A stretch of DNA of 64,000 nt from NCBI GenBank assembly GCA_043228905.1, contig JBHGNT010000011.1, forward strand, positions 19,034,001 to 19,098,000, written 5' to 3'. Below are positions 1 through 13,218 of the stretch, piece by piece. Source of the stretch: Azolla caroliniana. Its lineage: Eukaryota > Plantae > Polypodiophyta. The first letter of the stretch is position 1. The number at the start of each line of letters is the position of its first letter. Both the position numbers and the translations under genes were made by a program. The notes below the pieces were generated by a model, which saw only the letters and a list, made by a program, of their open reading frames with translations, was not told where the DNA came from and did not search any database.

Positions 1-1043
1 GTTTCTCAGTGTTGAAGTGTCAAATAATCGCAACAATGGTGTAATTTTGGTATCCACTTGAGTACCTCCCTCTTTTTAGTGTGACACAAAGTGGAATCTC
101 TTAGTGTTGGTTTTTCTCAATCGTCCACTTTGCATGAACTTTGGGATCTTCCATAAATGGTTCTTGTTTGGGTTAATCAAAAGTGACACCATACAAACAA
201 GTGGTAAGTAGATCGTCTTGTAGCTTGGTGCAACCTTATACTTACATCATTGACACTAGTCCTATCCCAGAATAGAGGATTCTTGAGGTATTCCTAGAGG
301 CATCACCCTTACTTGTACTTGGCTTTTTCCATTTATGGAATAGGACTCTACTCTCCCATGGCTGATGTTACTATAGAAACTAACCAATAAAAGGTTGTTC
401 CCTGGTTGTTTGCATGTTCCTTTCAAACATAAGAAAACTACACCTTCCCCAAGTTTACTACAAATCATCAATACCATTGCAAATTGCTAATAATGTATAT
501 AGCCCCTTCCCTTGATAATGCCTTGGAAATGATTGTCTCATATCATCGCATACATTGTTTGTTCTTTACTTATACGACCTTGAGGGTCTTTATCATGCAA
601 CTATAGTTGGACGCTTCTTTCTTAACCAAAGAGTTATGTACTTCAATCTAAACAAAGCTTCAATGCAACTTGGTGAATAATAAAGCACCGAAACTGAATT
701 GCACCTAATGTTATGCCTCAAAGAGATGTAAATCCAATGATGCGATACAAAAGAATTGAAGTTTACAAAATTATCTAGTGCAAAAAATTCAGTTCAGAAA
801 TATACTTCCCCCTCTTTTCTACAAAGAGTTGACTCAATGTTAGTATATGAATCCACCGGTTCCCGTAATTACCAAAACAGAATAGGCAGACTAAGAGAAT
901 ATCACAAAAAAATTGAGCTAACCTATTGAGATGAATTGAAGAAAAAAAACATCACCACAAATCCTCTTTCCTTCCATTATCACATAAATTTCAAAGCGAT
1001 GATAATGGTGATGATGGTCACAACTATGATGGAGAGTTATCCT

Positions 1044-4000
1044 CTACATTCTTAGAAATTTTGAAAGAGAGAAAGAAGGCGGGTCATCCTGTTAATTAAA
1101 ACAGCTAGAGCACAAAGACTTTAGAAAGAATCCCTTCAACGAAGTGCTAAAACATTTGTGCATATTTGTTTACCTCTTCGCCATCTGGATTTGTGCAGGA
1201 CATAACCAGAATCAGTTGCCGTAAGAGCCTCTCCAAAGAAGGATACCTTGGGCGTTTATAATAAGCTGACAGAAGCTTACTCTACGAAATTAATTAGACC
1301 ATTGATTATTTGAATATTATAGCATTATTAATCGATCTTGTTTCACCTAGAATGCTCTGGTTTAAACTGTCTGCAACATTTTGTCGATGATTTATGCTCA
1401 GAAGTTCAAATACAGGTGACATCTCTGGTTCCTCATATGCGAGAAGCATCATGTAATTCTGAACAAGGTTTCAGATGAGAGGATTAATATGCAGAAAACT
1501 GTACGATCAAAAGAAGATCCTTTTACATAGCAGACTATAAACCATGAAAGAAGTTTGAATTTTGTAATCATGTTCAGATGTCACATTTACCCATCTTCAT
1601 TTGTTTCATTGAACATGCTGAAAATGTGTGCACACACATGTAGACATTAAAATAATATTGACCATACAACAAAACTGGGGCTCAGAGAAAGATCTACTTT
1701 TTGTTTTGGGACTGATTACCATGCTCTTTTAAAGATGTGTCCATGTGTCCAAAGATTTTAAGAAAATTTGAAGAACTGCTAATACATATCAGGTAAAGTT
1801 AGAAAAGGCGCTCTCATTTCCCGTATAGACAAAATCATAGGTTTCAAATATGTAATTTATTCAAAGAGAACGTTGGAAAAGGATAAGATAAGACAATGAA
1901 CGTACAAATATTCTCACATTTGGCAAACAAATTTCCAAGATTTTTAGAAATATTTCCATCATCAGAAACAAAAAATTCATTTAAAAACATAGTTCATCAC
2001 ATTATGCAGTGGTGAAAAAGTAGGGCACGACAGTAAAGAGAACAGATAGATTGCTGCATACGCCAATAAGGATACCAAGCTCAACATATCAGAATAGCTT
2101 GGTAATGGCCTCGATTCAAATTTCATTAATGGTGGTGACTCGGTGAGGTTGGGTAAATCAGGCCCCAATGTGTGGATGAATCTTCCCAGATGGACAATTG
2201 TGGAATAACTAAAATTTACTAAAAGCAACAATAATGTAAATAATACTGGGATTCCACCTATGAGGTTGAGGGCCTCCTTACTTGCCTCATGTTTCTTTAT
2301 CTTTTTTTCTGAGATTTCTTTAAGTTTCCACAAAAAATATTTTCTTAGAATTATTCCATCTATTTATTTTTGGTTTTGGTTTTCTTTTTCTCATGTTTTT
2401 TTTTTTCAGTTCCATTGCGTTATTCACAGGCTCAGTTCGATTTTATACTTTCATTTTCATTGTTCTCTTTTACCTTTTACCATCGAATAATAGTTTCTAT
2501 GCATAGATTACATCTACAGAAAACTCTGTGACAAAACGTCAATAGAAGCAGCAAGGAGGATTTTCCAAGCTCAAAAATAAGGAAAATGCTCTTAAACAAT
2601 GTTGAATGAAGAAGCCTTTGAAATGAATACCAAGCTGTGCACTCATAAATTAGCTTGATTTCCAATAAATGTACAGTTTTGATCACTTTTTCAATAACAA
2701 CGAATGCAAAAACAATTCACTCATCTACATCTAAAAAGCACTGTTTGAACATGTAGACATACCATAGTCAGACCATTCTCATGGGGATAGGAATATTCTA
2801 CGTGTCTTTTCCAAAATGCCACATTGATTTAAAATCAATTACGAATATGTTATTGTTTTAGAATACTATATAGGTAGCTTCCGTTTATATGTTGATAAAA
2901 CAGAAAAGAAAATCTTACCATGGGAAAAAGAAACCTATGTTTAATTGCGTCCGTGGCATTCATATGGTGCGGCTGTATCTAAGTTATCTTAACTAAAAAA
3001 GTATCTACAACACATTTTAAAGCATTGGAGTATGAAGCTCTTTGCATATGGTTAAGCATTAAGCTAAAGTTTTCTGCTACAGTTAATACCTCTAGCTTTT
3101 CATTATATTTTCCCATTTTTCCATAGTCTGACAACTTCGTTTGAGCAAATTCCAATGCACCTATACTGTTCACTTACATCTAATTATCACTCTCATCAAA
3201 TGAACTGTGATCAAATATAATAGCCAAAGATACCACTTTTTACCATTTGTTAGCTCGAACTAGCTCCACAAAGTATTGCGCCAAAAGGTCAAAGAGTACA
3301 TCTTTACTACTTTCAAACATATCAGGAGAAATCAGAAGTGAGCATTCAATAGCTTTCAAAGGATCTCCCTCCATGACATGGTTGTAAATTCCTGAGAACA
3401 AGTAAAATCATGCAAAATGATAAGGATTCATTTTAAACATGACTTTTTCAAAAACTTTGGAAACTGAGAATTCATATGTCATTCACATGGTCTGCCCAGT
3501 GTAATGTTGTCGGCAAATAAAACAGAATATAGAAGGAAAAAGTATTGACGTTATCTTTCCAAACTTCCAAAAATTACTTCCTTACAAATTATGTATTCAC
3601 ATAAAGAATGCAAAATGACAAGGATTCATTCATGTGATTTTCCAAAAAACAATACTTCCCTCACATAGTTGATAGGATACAATGTCTTCTCAAGTAAAAG
3701 AGATGCAGAAAAGGAAGAAAAAGATTAACTTCAGATGATTTCATCAAAAATAATGTTTCCATTACATAAAAGAGCAATCAAGGCGAAGAAAAATTTGCTA
3801 ATGAGTCATTCACATGATTTGCCAAAACCAATGCTAACGTTCACATGATTTGTTAAAAACACTGTTTCTTTCCTCCCATAAAAGCAAGTATAGGAAGAAA
3901 TACGTTTCCGTGTGTAAACATCTGCGAAGGTATCGGGACTACATTCCAGCTCTGTGCAGCTAATAAAAGCCTCTGCGGTCTCTGTAAAACAGTTATGCAC

Positions 4001-5288
4001 GAGATAATCCAGCAAAATTTTGCGAACATCAATATCCTGTCATTAAACTTCAAGATTAGCATTGATTACAAAGAGAGAGAGAAAGCCTACATAGTTCTAA
4101 ATCAGGATATAAAGAAGCCGTGTAGCATGATGTAGAGAAGGACGATAGAGAGGAAATTCAGACATGTCCATAATTTCCAGAGGAAACAACTTCGTATATA
4201 TCTGTGAGATATTCAGAAGAAGAGACTGCATACACTTGAAGAAGAACAGGCTTCAAAGATTTCCGTGGCATTCAGAAGAAGAATCTGCAGAAATATAACA
4301 TTTAATCCGTGGCTTTCATGAGCAGAAACTGCAGATATATTTCAACATTACCAAGTTTTGTTTTAAAATTACAATAAGTGTGATATTTTCTCCATAATTT
4401 ATATCTGAATGTAATAACTGCTTCAAAATTCATATCTGAATGTAAAACTTGTGCCAGAATCTACATCTAAGTAAGGATTTGCTTCATCTCATTTGCTCCG
4501 AAAGTTATGTTGAGATGAAGATTTGCTTAGAAATTTACACCTAAATGCAAGATTTCCCTCAAATAGATTAAATTACTGCAAAATTCATGAAAACGCAAGG
4601 TTGTGCTTCAACATTCATATGCAGCAGCGTATCTGGTCCAAATTACATTTCGATGAACTGTTTTATACCAGAATTTATAGTTCAGCTGCAATTATTGCTC
4701 CACATCTTACATTGATATGCAAAATAGTTCGAAATTATAACAAAACACAAGATTAGCTAGATAGTTTCCATATGAATGCAAGATATCCTCAATATTTACG
4801 CCAAAACTTTGCATTCAGATGCAAATATTTGCTCCTAGCTTTGCACCTGAACGAAAGAATTGCTCCAATACTTGCACCGTTTCTCTCTAATTTACTAGGG
4901 AATCTAGATTTACTGCATATATTACATCGAAATGCAAGATTTTCTCGAAGACTTGACATGGAAATGCAAGATTCGGACCTGGAATGTTACATCAAAATGC
5001 AAAATTTCCTCCAAATCTAAAGAACGACAGTCTCCAGAATTTAAACCTAAGCGCTTAATTTGTTCCAATTTTCACGTAGAAACGAAATGTTTGGTCTAAA
5101 GTCTACAATATCGAAACGTAAGGTGGCAAACTAGACCAGGATATCACTTCTCCTTGCGACTATGTGAAAGTTTCATTTATGCGTGATTAAAACAAGAAGG
5201 TGAAAGTTTCATTTATGCGTGATTAGGGATAGTGAGAAGGAAGAAGAGTAAACACCATGTTTGAGGGATCGTTGGGATCATCTTCCAT
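1044..5288 (-). CDS. LisH/CTLH/CRA-domain protein, GID8/TWA1-like subunit of the CTLH (GID) E3 ligase; 7 exons, 212 aa
   Basis: Exons 5288-5256, 4036-3904, 3391-3244, 3165-3090, 1458-1347, 1265-1174, 1088-1044, all GT-AG, total 639 nt in frame. Translation: MEDDPNDPSNM/DIDVRKILLDYLVHNCFTETAEAF (LisH)...IYNHVMEGDPLKAIE (CTLH)...ALEFAQTKL...LLAYEEPEMSPVFELLS...YPSLERLLRQ...PPSFSLSKFLRM*. Resembles plant GID8-like proteins from memory. Exon 1 is the least certain. Confidence 0.88.
4395..5070. repeat. Highly degenerate ~30-bp tandem repeat in intron 1 of the GID8-like gene
   Basis: Recurring units such as aatttatatctgaatgtaataactgcttca / aaattcatatctgaatgtaaaacttgtgcca / aaatttacacctaaatgcaagatttccctc / aatttaaacctaagcgcttaatttgttcca. 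Confidence 0.6.
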
Positions 5289-6725
5289 AGCTGTGCAGAG
5301 CCAATATTACACGGATGGCGATGAAGAAAACGGTTTCTTGAATATCAGAAATGCAATGAGGTGGGAAAGACTAGATAGAGAGACCGTCATTCATTGAGAA
5401 ACTGCAGATCCCATGGAAGGAATATGGAGTTGAAGAAAAGAAGAAAGAGCCATGGAGATGGAGAATTCACGTTTCAACAGTAGACCAGAGTTATTGACAT
5501 GAAGGTGGTTAACGAAAGAGCTAAACGCTCGATTTTCTAACTCTTGAAAATGCCCCTCGGTTTTCGCTATTTCCTCCACATGCCCTTGCGCAAAACGAGC
5601 GAGAAATTGCATTGCTATTTGAGCTATTGAAACTTTTATGTGTTATGTAGTAGCCTAAAACCCCCAAACCTTACTACCTCTTCTATTTCCCCGAAATGCC
5701 CCTGCAATTCTTCATTATTCCCCACTACATAACCCTTGCAAAACAAGCAATTATATGCGAGGTTCGAGCGTAATTCTATGACTCATTTTCCACCATGTTT
5801 ATTCTACATTATGCCCTATAGTAGATTCAATGTGTGTGTGTTTTCTTTTGCTATTGTTATATTGTATTATAGATTGACAATTTAGCATAGATAATTGCAA
5901 GCAAATAAGAATGACACAATTTCAAGATGGTAATAGAGTTGGTTCTCATTCTCAAGCCACATTACAGAAACTTGGTGAAAACAACCTATTAACCTTTATT
6001 CTCAAAGTAATTATTCTTGTAAAAGAAATTAACGGAAATAATAAAAAAAGGTGTATGCTTGCATCAATCATCCATAGCTGAAAACTACAAAGGTATGGCC
6101 CATGATTGAATACTTGTACCATTGTACAATCCACTAGCCTAGCTACAAGTGTTGTATCCTGCATCATATTCCCAAACATTGCGCCAGAATTTCGTAGCAT
6201 CCATCAACCAAGTTAACTTAGGTTTAATGCTTTAAGCTTGCACAATCTCCCATCATACAAAGGTTCTAATTTGAATATATTGAGCTTCGTCACATTGGTC
6301 GAAAGAGTGTGAGCTCAGTTGTATCAATGCCAATAAGACTATAAAACTTTGCATCATTATACATAGAGTCAAAAACTTTGCATCAACATTCACCATTGAA
6401 CTATGTTAAAGTGACATGGATTGAAACTTTTAAGGTGGCATGCGTAGACTAGAGTCGAAGACTTTTATGAACTCCAAAGGCTTTCCTTATTCACTGAAAA
6501 TGCCCTAAGTTGACCTCATGTCCATGATATGACATGGTGAAGACATTCCTTTTCTTCTCAATTACATATGGGGGAGGAGGGGTAGACTTGAGGCTATTAT
6601 CGAAATAAAAAAAAGCACAGAATTATATTATAATTCCACTCCTCCATCACTAGCTACCCTTTGAATTTGGATCAAGATATACAGGTCAACCCTAATTAGG
6701 GCTTCCTTTTCTTGCTTCCTTGGCG

Positions 6726-8153
6726 ATGGCAACCCCTACCTCGAATTCTCTCCTCAACTCCTTCCGCCATAGCTCATCTCGCTTCTCCTTCCGCATCAAT
6801 TCGTTAAGCAACAATACTAACTTCTCCTCATCCATTCCTTCTTCTGCCAACCCTCTTCTGCAGCTCCTCGATTCAAGGCTAACAGATCAACTAAACGATC
6901 TCAACCTCGATCAAGATGAAGAAACAGACGATGAAAAGGAAAAGTGCTCTACTTATCTCTCTGCAAAGTGGCTTGTCAGAGCCATGGATGTTGCAATCTC
7001 TGCAAACTCAAATGTCAAAGCCTTCTTACCGGATCTGCTGCGAGAATTCGTTTCTTCTTCGCCCTCCTATCACTTAAAAGAAAGAATGGAAGACAATGTG
7101 AGGCTTCTTGACGTCTGCAAAGCTCTGCAAATCGCAGTTTCTACCTTGAAAGCTCGTCATAACTTGGCCAGATTAGTATCTCAGATCTTGAACATTTCTG
7201 CTTCATCATCGTCATCCTCTTGTTCTTCTCGGCAATCGCTGAGGAGAGCGAGGCACGCCATAGCCGAGTACAAGAAGCTTTCTTCATCATCATCATCTTC
7301 TTCTTCTTCTACAAAGAAAACGAGGACCAACGATCTGGTGACACGTGGAGCTGTGGTGAAGAAGATGGGGGAGAAGCTCCATCATAGTCAGGTCGTCAAT
7401 GATGGCGATTCCTCTAACTCTAAAGGCAATGGCATGAGCCATGCGGCCATGGGAGCCATGTATGCTTCCCACATTATCACCATCATCATCTCTGGATTCC
7501 TCATATGTGCCCTCGACATCCATGGCATTGACGTTGGCCGACACCCCATGAAAGGCTCATTCTCATCTACCCTCTTATGCATCCCCATCGCCAAGCACTC
7601 CCGTTGGTCCATCGAGCTCTCTGACCTCCAACGCCAAGTTAGAGACCAAGTCGAGCGGCAGAGAACCAACATAAATAGAACACCTTATTTGGAGGAGCTC
7701 GAGAATGTCGATACTCTCCTAGGCTTGTTAGAGATGTCAATCGAGGATGCCATTGCTTGCAAGTGCACTTGTATAGTCCCCGATGCCATCACTGGAGGCT
7801 TGTCCACGACTTTGTCCCATGACACTGCATGCACAACCTCCATTGGCATATTCCCTAGTGACATGCATACATCGACCCCTTGTGCCAATGCTCCCAACGA
7901 CATGCACATCTCCACCTTGGGTGGTGCATGCACACTAAACTCATCTAGTGGCTCGTGCATGACCTCCATTGCCAGATCAACAATCCTACGTTTGGTCACT
8001 GACCTTGCAATATTTGTGGATGCGCTCGACGTTGGCTTATCCCAAATTGAGCAACACATCTCTGAGCTCTACCAAGTATTGATTACCATTAGGATGATGT
8101 TGCTTGAAGTTTCTTACAAGTCAACTCCATTTCCAAGTAGGTTATTTGTCTAG
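6726..8153 (+). CDS. BYPASS1/ROH1-like (DUF793) protein, intronless, ~475 aa
   Basis: Long ORF with first ATG at 6726. Family-like segments YLSAKWLVRAMDVAIS, MEDNVRLLDVCKAL, WSIELSDLQRQVRDQV, PYLEELENV and LDVGLSQIEQHISELYQVLITIRMMLL. Contains poly-Ser tracts. Confidence 0.72.
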   Translation: MATPTSNSLLNSFRHSSSRFSFRINSLSNNTNFSSSIPSSANPLLQLLDSRLTDQLNDLNLDQDEETDDEKEKCSTYLSAKWLVRAMDVAISANSNVKAFLPDLLREFVSSSPSYHLKERMEDNVRLLDVCKALQIAVSTLKARHNLARLVSQILNISASSSSSSCSSRQSLRRARHAIAEYKKLSSSSSSSSSSTKKTRTNDLVTRGAVVKKMGEKLHHSQVVNDGDSSNSKGNGMSHAAMGAMYASHIITIIISGFLICALDIHGIDVGRHPMKGSFSSTLLCIPIAKHSRWSIELSDLQRQVRDQVERQRTNINRTPYLEELENVDTLLGLLEMSIEDAIACKCTCIVPDAITGGLSTTLSHDTACTTSIGIFPSDMHTSTPCANAPNDMHISTLGGACTLNSSSGSCMTSIARSTILRLVTDLAIFVDALDVGLSQIEQHISELYQVLITIRMMLLEVSYKSTPFPSRLFV

Positions 8154-8455
8154 CAAAAGCAAAACTAATCATAGAAGGACAAATATAGTGCATCATATTC
8201 AACTATATTCACAAGATATTATGTTATATCAAGTCTAGCCAATTTATATTAAATGTCTAGTGTATCCATATGGATGTGCATATCATTTCAATTTCCCATC
8301 ACTAATATTAATATTGTGCCCTTAGTTTCTATTGGGAATATAAGAGCAACTCAAATACATGGTTTAACCTATATGAGGAACCCACTATTGTTGGCATTTG
8401 TGTCATCTGAAGACATTTCCTAGGATGTTATAGATTTATCTACTTTTTGCCTCTC

Positions 8456-8630
8456 ATAAGAGTATAGTTTGAAGAATGGAAATTTCTTTTCCTTCAATTA
8501 TTAATGGGTGTCTTCATCCCCAAAAGCTTGACACTATAATGTCTTAAGAGTATAGCTAGAAGATAGAAAACTCTTTTCAGGTTCAATTATTAATGGGTGT
8601 CTTCGTCCCCAAAAAGCTTGACACTACATG
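8456..8630. repeat. Tandem duplication of ~90 bp
   Basis: taagagtatag...ttcaattattaatgggtgtcttc(a/g)tcccc(a)aaaagcttgacacta occurs twice in tandem. Confidence 0.8.
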
Positions 8631-9248
8631 GCCATATTTAAGTTGTAACAATGGTAGCAACCAAGAGGGATGTAACGGGAAAAAGTGACATCTTAATAAA
8701 GACAAAAAAGAGAACATTCACACTTCACAAAATGGGCATGTGTGTGTGTGTGTCTGTGTCTGTGAAAGAGAGAGGGGGGGGGACAATTGTGAAGTATCAT
8801 GTGAAAATGATTTGATTCATCCTTAAAAGTGCATTGAAGATTTTCCAAATGACACGACTAATGAGGTGAAAGAACCAAGCAAGAACCAAGGAAGAATATG
8901 CTCATAAGGAGAATATGGAAGGAAGCTAAACTTTTCCATCAAGTTTGTGATCATATGTTTCTAGAAGAACATAGACGTGATGATATGCCAACATAGCTAC
9001 GTGTTTATGATGTTCATGGTCAACAATAAAAAATGTTTAATGGACATGTGTCTCAGCAATATGATGTTGATGATCCTCATTGAAAAGGGTTCAAGGTTAC
9101 CCAATTGAGCATACACATAACCTCACACTTCAGTGAATGTTCATTTACAATGTCAACATCCATCACATACCAATTAGGACGATCATTTTGGTGTAAAAAT
9201 ACAACTTTCTAGAAGAATGCTTTTACTTTAGCTATATATAGATAGTAC

Positions 9249-9699
9249 TAACAATCAACAACGGTTCGGTTTACCCAACTGAACCGTGAAAGCGCGGCTT
9301 AACGGGTTCAACGGTTTGGTTCGGTTTTAACGGTCATAAACAGTGGTTTAACGGTTTTTTATTTTTTATTTTTTATTAAAATTTTTTTTAAATTGTTTTT
9401 AACCAATCTTTTCATTTTTAGACCTCATTCTCACATTTTAGGAACATCTTAAAAAGTTAAAAAATTAAAAATAATGAAATATTATAAATTTTGAATTTTG
9501 ACCTATGTTGAAAACCGAAACCGAACCACGAAACCCCGGTTTTTACGGTTTAACGGTTTGAAATTTGTTTACCAGTTCAATTTAACGGTTTCGTGGTTCA
9601 GTTCGGTTCGGCTCAGGTTTCAAATAATTGAAACAGTTCGGTTCCAAACCGAACTAGTTTAGACCCTCTCGAACCAAACCAAACCGTTGCCAATTGGTA
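9249..9699 (+). mobile_element. Non-autonomous hAT-type MITE, copy 1
   Basis: Imperfect TIRs TAACAATCAACAACGGTTCGGTTT...AAACCAAACCGTTGCCAATTGGTA. 8-bp TSD GATAGTAC at 9241-9248 and 9700-9707. Dense AACCG/CGGTT subterminal motifs. An 8-bp TSD is characteristic of hAT. Confidence 0.85.
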
Positions 9700-9899
9700 G
9701 ATAGTACTATCTTAATACCATAAGTTACTACATTATGAACCAAGATGTTAAGGCTTCAACCCATTCAAAATTTCCTGTAAACATAGACACGACAAAGGTA
9801 TATGATGCAATAGACCATGTACTTAACTACATTAGTACAAGTGAGCATGAGTGATGGAGCTAGCGAACTAGTGAAGAGTCCAAATCTAAAATCTAGAAT

Positions 9900-11150
9900 T
9901 TGGGATTGACTTTACACCTAAGGGGTAACAAGCTTCATCCATGCATTGGGGTAAGGTCAACTTAACGTTAGATGTAATTACGCTTGGGGGAAATTTTATT
10001 TGAATTGTCAGCTTGGTAGTTGCATCGAGGATAGTCTAGGGTACTTTTGCTATGTGCTACCATGAATTGTCCAAGCAATCGAATGATTACATCATTTCGG
10101 GAATGTGATCCTCTAATTATATTTTCATCTAGAGGGCAAGGACAAGCATTTAGAGGTGGTGGTTGGGTCAAATATTCAAGTGGGGGTGGTGCATTCAAAG
10201 TGTCGTTGGTTGGGGGGTTAGAGTGTGAAGGGATACATCAACCAACTCGGGTGTATTAGGCTCCAATATCTAGGGGTGGGTGGTCATCGTCATCTAAGCT
10301 CGCCTTGGGCACATAGCTATGCTTTGTGGTCGGCACAAGTCTCGTCTAAGGTGCCAAGGAGCCTCTAAATTGGCTAAAATCAACATGGCTAAAAGCAAGT
10401 TAGAGCTTAGCCACTTCATCGATGTCCAAGAAACATACAACCCGACCAACCGTTTGGAACTACAATTCGTCTCAAAGGAGGTAATATTCTCTTTGATGTG
10501 AGATGAGACATTGGGGCATAAGCGAGGAGACTCGTTGACTATATTGCATATTTTTCCTAAACAAGTACGAGAGTTCGAGTATATAATTTGACCTTTAAGG
10601 GCAATAAAAACCTCTATGTCAAACCCACACCCACACAAAATCGCAATGTTCACTCTTGATTGTAACATTTATTAAAAAAATTCTTGAGTATCAAGAGTCG
10701 CTACTCAATTTTGCACATACAATGTAAAAATGATTCACTTTTGGTTCCATAGGTCATATTTGACCTCAAAGGATGATAATAATTTCTATTTCTCTCCTTT
10801 AACGTATACACACAGTCTAGATATATCTTGTGCATATATTCTTGATCTTCAATGGAATAAAATCTTATTTATTTACAATGAGAGTGGCTTAAGTTTCCCA
10901 CACAACAATATTTTTTTCTTAAACAAGTGCTTTTACAAACTCACAGGGTTGAGAATGTTAACATTGGGGCTCATCAAAGGAAACATTAGTAAAGAATTTA
11001 TATCTCTTTCTAATGTGTATAAACTTATGTACGTTTTCCTCACAACTTGAAGAATTTCATCATGTACAAGTGGGAACTTTAAAGTTACAATAGAATAGAT
11101 ATTTCTATGTGATCTTATTAGGAAATTAAGAAGAAAAAGTGATTACTTAA
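9900..11150 (-). mobile_element. Decayed Ty3/gypsy relic (integrase C-terminus/chromodomain-like remnants)
   Basis: Stop- and frameshift-riddled peptides on the - strand loosely resembling GPY/F and chromodomain regions. Boundaries approximate. Confidence 0.3.
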
Positions 11151-12670
11151 GATCATCTTCTTTCAATCCATTGTATCATTTGACTACTTTTCATGAAACT
11201 TCCAAATCATGGAGGTTCCGAATCACACTAACTTGACTTGTAATTATATATATTGCCAAATTATGCATACATTGACATAATGCTTTGTACTTCATCAAGA
11301 GAATAGAAATGTTATTCCCGTGAAAAGAAGGTTGTGAAGAATATAATGCAAAGGGCTCAAATGTTAAAGCCACTATAAGTTGTTTATGATCCAACTCAAT
11401 CAAACACTTGAGGCAACCTCCCCTTAGGTGGGGTTGTCATGTGGATTATGATTCCACTTGTAGTCAAGTCTCAACATTCTTAGGTCATACTTTATCCTCG
11501 ATACTTGAGATGCAATGTAAGCTTAATGTTTGGAGGGTCCCTCATTATGTGTTTGGATATATTTGTTGTCTAAATAAAGATTATGATATGTTGCAGTGTA
11601 TTGTGAAGTTGGGTTGTTCTCAATTGGGTTTCTTCAGTGCTCATACATAAGGTAGGATTCTAATCACTCTACTATGCACAATTTCATCTCAAAGTGAATG
11701 AATGAGGAAGATAAGTCGTTATGTCATGTTAAAATGGAATGTATGTCAACATGGTACAACCTCAATCAATCAATTGATTAAAAACACAACATCATGAATT
11801 TGCTTCAAACAAACTTGATTTTGCTGAGGTATAAATGTACATCTAGATTATCAATATATTGTATACTAAAGCATCAAGGTTCGACTAGTGGAGAAAAAAA
11901 TTGTGAGTAAATGATAAAAAAGATTGAATTGCATTCTAATGATCCAAATATGCCAGAAGATATCATAAAATGGGGCACCAAATTGGCGATCAACATGTCA
12001 TACATCACCTATTATGTGAATTATCGTAAGGTGTCAAGACAATGATGGCTAGATTTACAATATTCGGAAATGTGATGGGGTGAGTTTTATTTGGAATTTT
12101 TGGAAAAAGTAGAGAGGTCCCCCCTATATCATGTGTGTATGCAATCTAAGGACAAAGGTGCACGTAGAAAACATGAATGATGAATGCACTGGTGTCAAAC
12201 GGATCCTTCCATCTCCAGGCATTTTATAGCCAACCAATCGATAAGCAAATGGAGATATATATACGACGGACAGGTCATAGGCAACCAACCATTCCATGAA
12301 TATTAGGAGATAATATTGGCTGATAGCCAATCAAGCATTGATGGAAAGGGTTATTTTGAGAGGGGGGGGGGCGGAGAGAGTATCTCAATACATACATCTT
12401 TCAAAGCCTCTTGTAAAGATGTTTTGAAAGGTTGAGATATTTTTATTGGTTGCAAGGGAGACACACATATGTTTGTACATAATACGTATGTATATGAACC
12501 CATCACATTTGAAAGGAGGGCATATAATATATGTAAATGAAGAACTAAAAGAAAGACACTCCCTCTGCAGGCCTAATTTAGGCCAGATCTTTTGATTCTC
12601 TTTCTCTCAAAGAGAGAGAGACAGAGAGAGGGGTCTCCACAGTTTCCATAGCAAAGAATCTTGAAAGAAG

Positions 12671-13203
12671 GTTAGTCTCTGTGTTCTTTCCTCCTCTCTG
12701 TTTCTGCCATAGTCATGTATTCGGTCTTGATTTTTCTCTGTTTTTCTTTTCTTTTCTTTTTACTTCTTTGATGCATGCTAAGCTTTTTGGCACAATAATT
12801 TTTTTTTCAGTTAATGTATACTTTGAACACCATAGATTCTTCACGTACTTCTGTGATTTGCTTTGCTTTGATATTTTTTTGTGAATTTGTGCTTTTTTGG
12901 CACCTTAGATTCTTCATGTACCGGTGTGACTTTCATTCATTTGTTTTTTTTTGTGGAGTTATTCATTTTGGACAAAATTAATTTGTCATATACTTGTGAG
13001 ATTTGATTTGATTTGGATCTTTTTCTTTCTCTCGTTTTGTGAAATCGTGATTTTTGGGCTTCATATTTTCTTCATATTCCTTTGTAATTTGCTTTCCTCT
13101 GATCTATTCTTTTTTTTCTTTTGTTTATGATCTATGCGTAGTGAAATTCAAGATTTATTTATGAAAAATAAGTGCTTCTAAATGGATTGGTTTGTGATGG
13201 CAG
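12671..13203 (+). other. Probable 5' UTR intron of GPT, containing a degenerate ~72-85-bp tandem repeat
   Basis: GAAG|GTTAGT donor at 12671 and CAG acceptor ending 13203, 15 nt before the ATG. T-rich units of the form tttggcacc(a/t)tagattcttca(c/t)gtac...gtga...ttt recur near 12822, 12894, 12966 and 13051. Confidence 0.6.
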
Positions 13204-13218
13204 AGGAGAGGGCTGAAC

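Noticed and set aside
1-660. Possible retroelement protease relic on the - strand
   Set aside because: Too degenerate to support a family call from sequence alone.
1977-2333. 118-aa ORF within a GID8-like intron as an alternative exon or nested gene
   Set aside because: No recognisable domain, and the flanking exons already join in frame into a complete protein.
4097-4171. ATG near 4171 as the GID8-like start
   Set aside because: It reaches a stop after 24 codons and has no phase-compatible donor. The exon at 5288-5256 fits both phase and family N-terminus.
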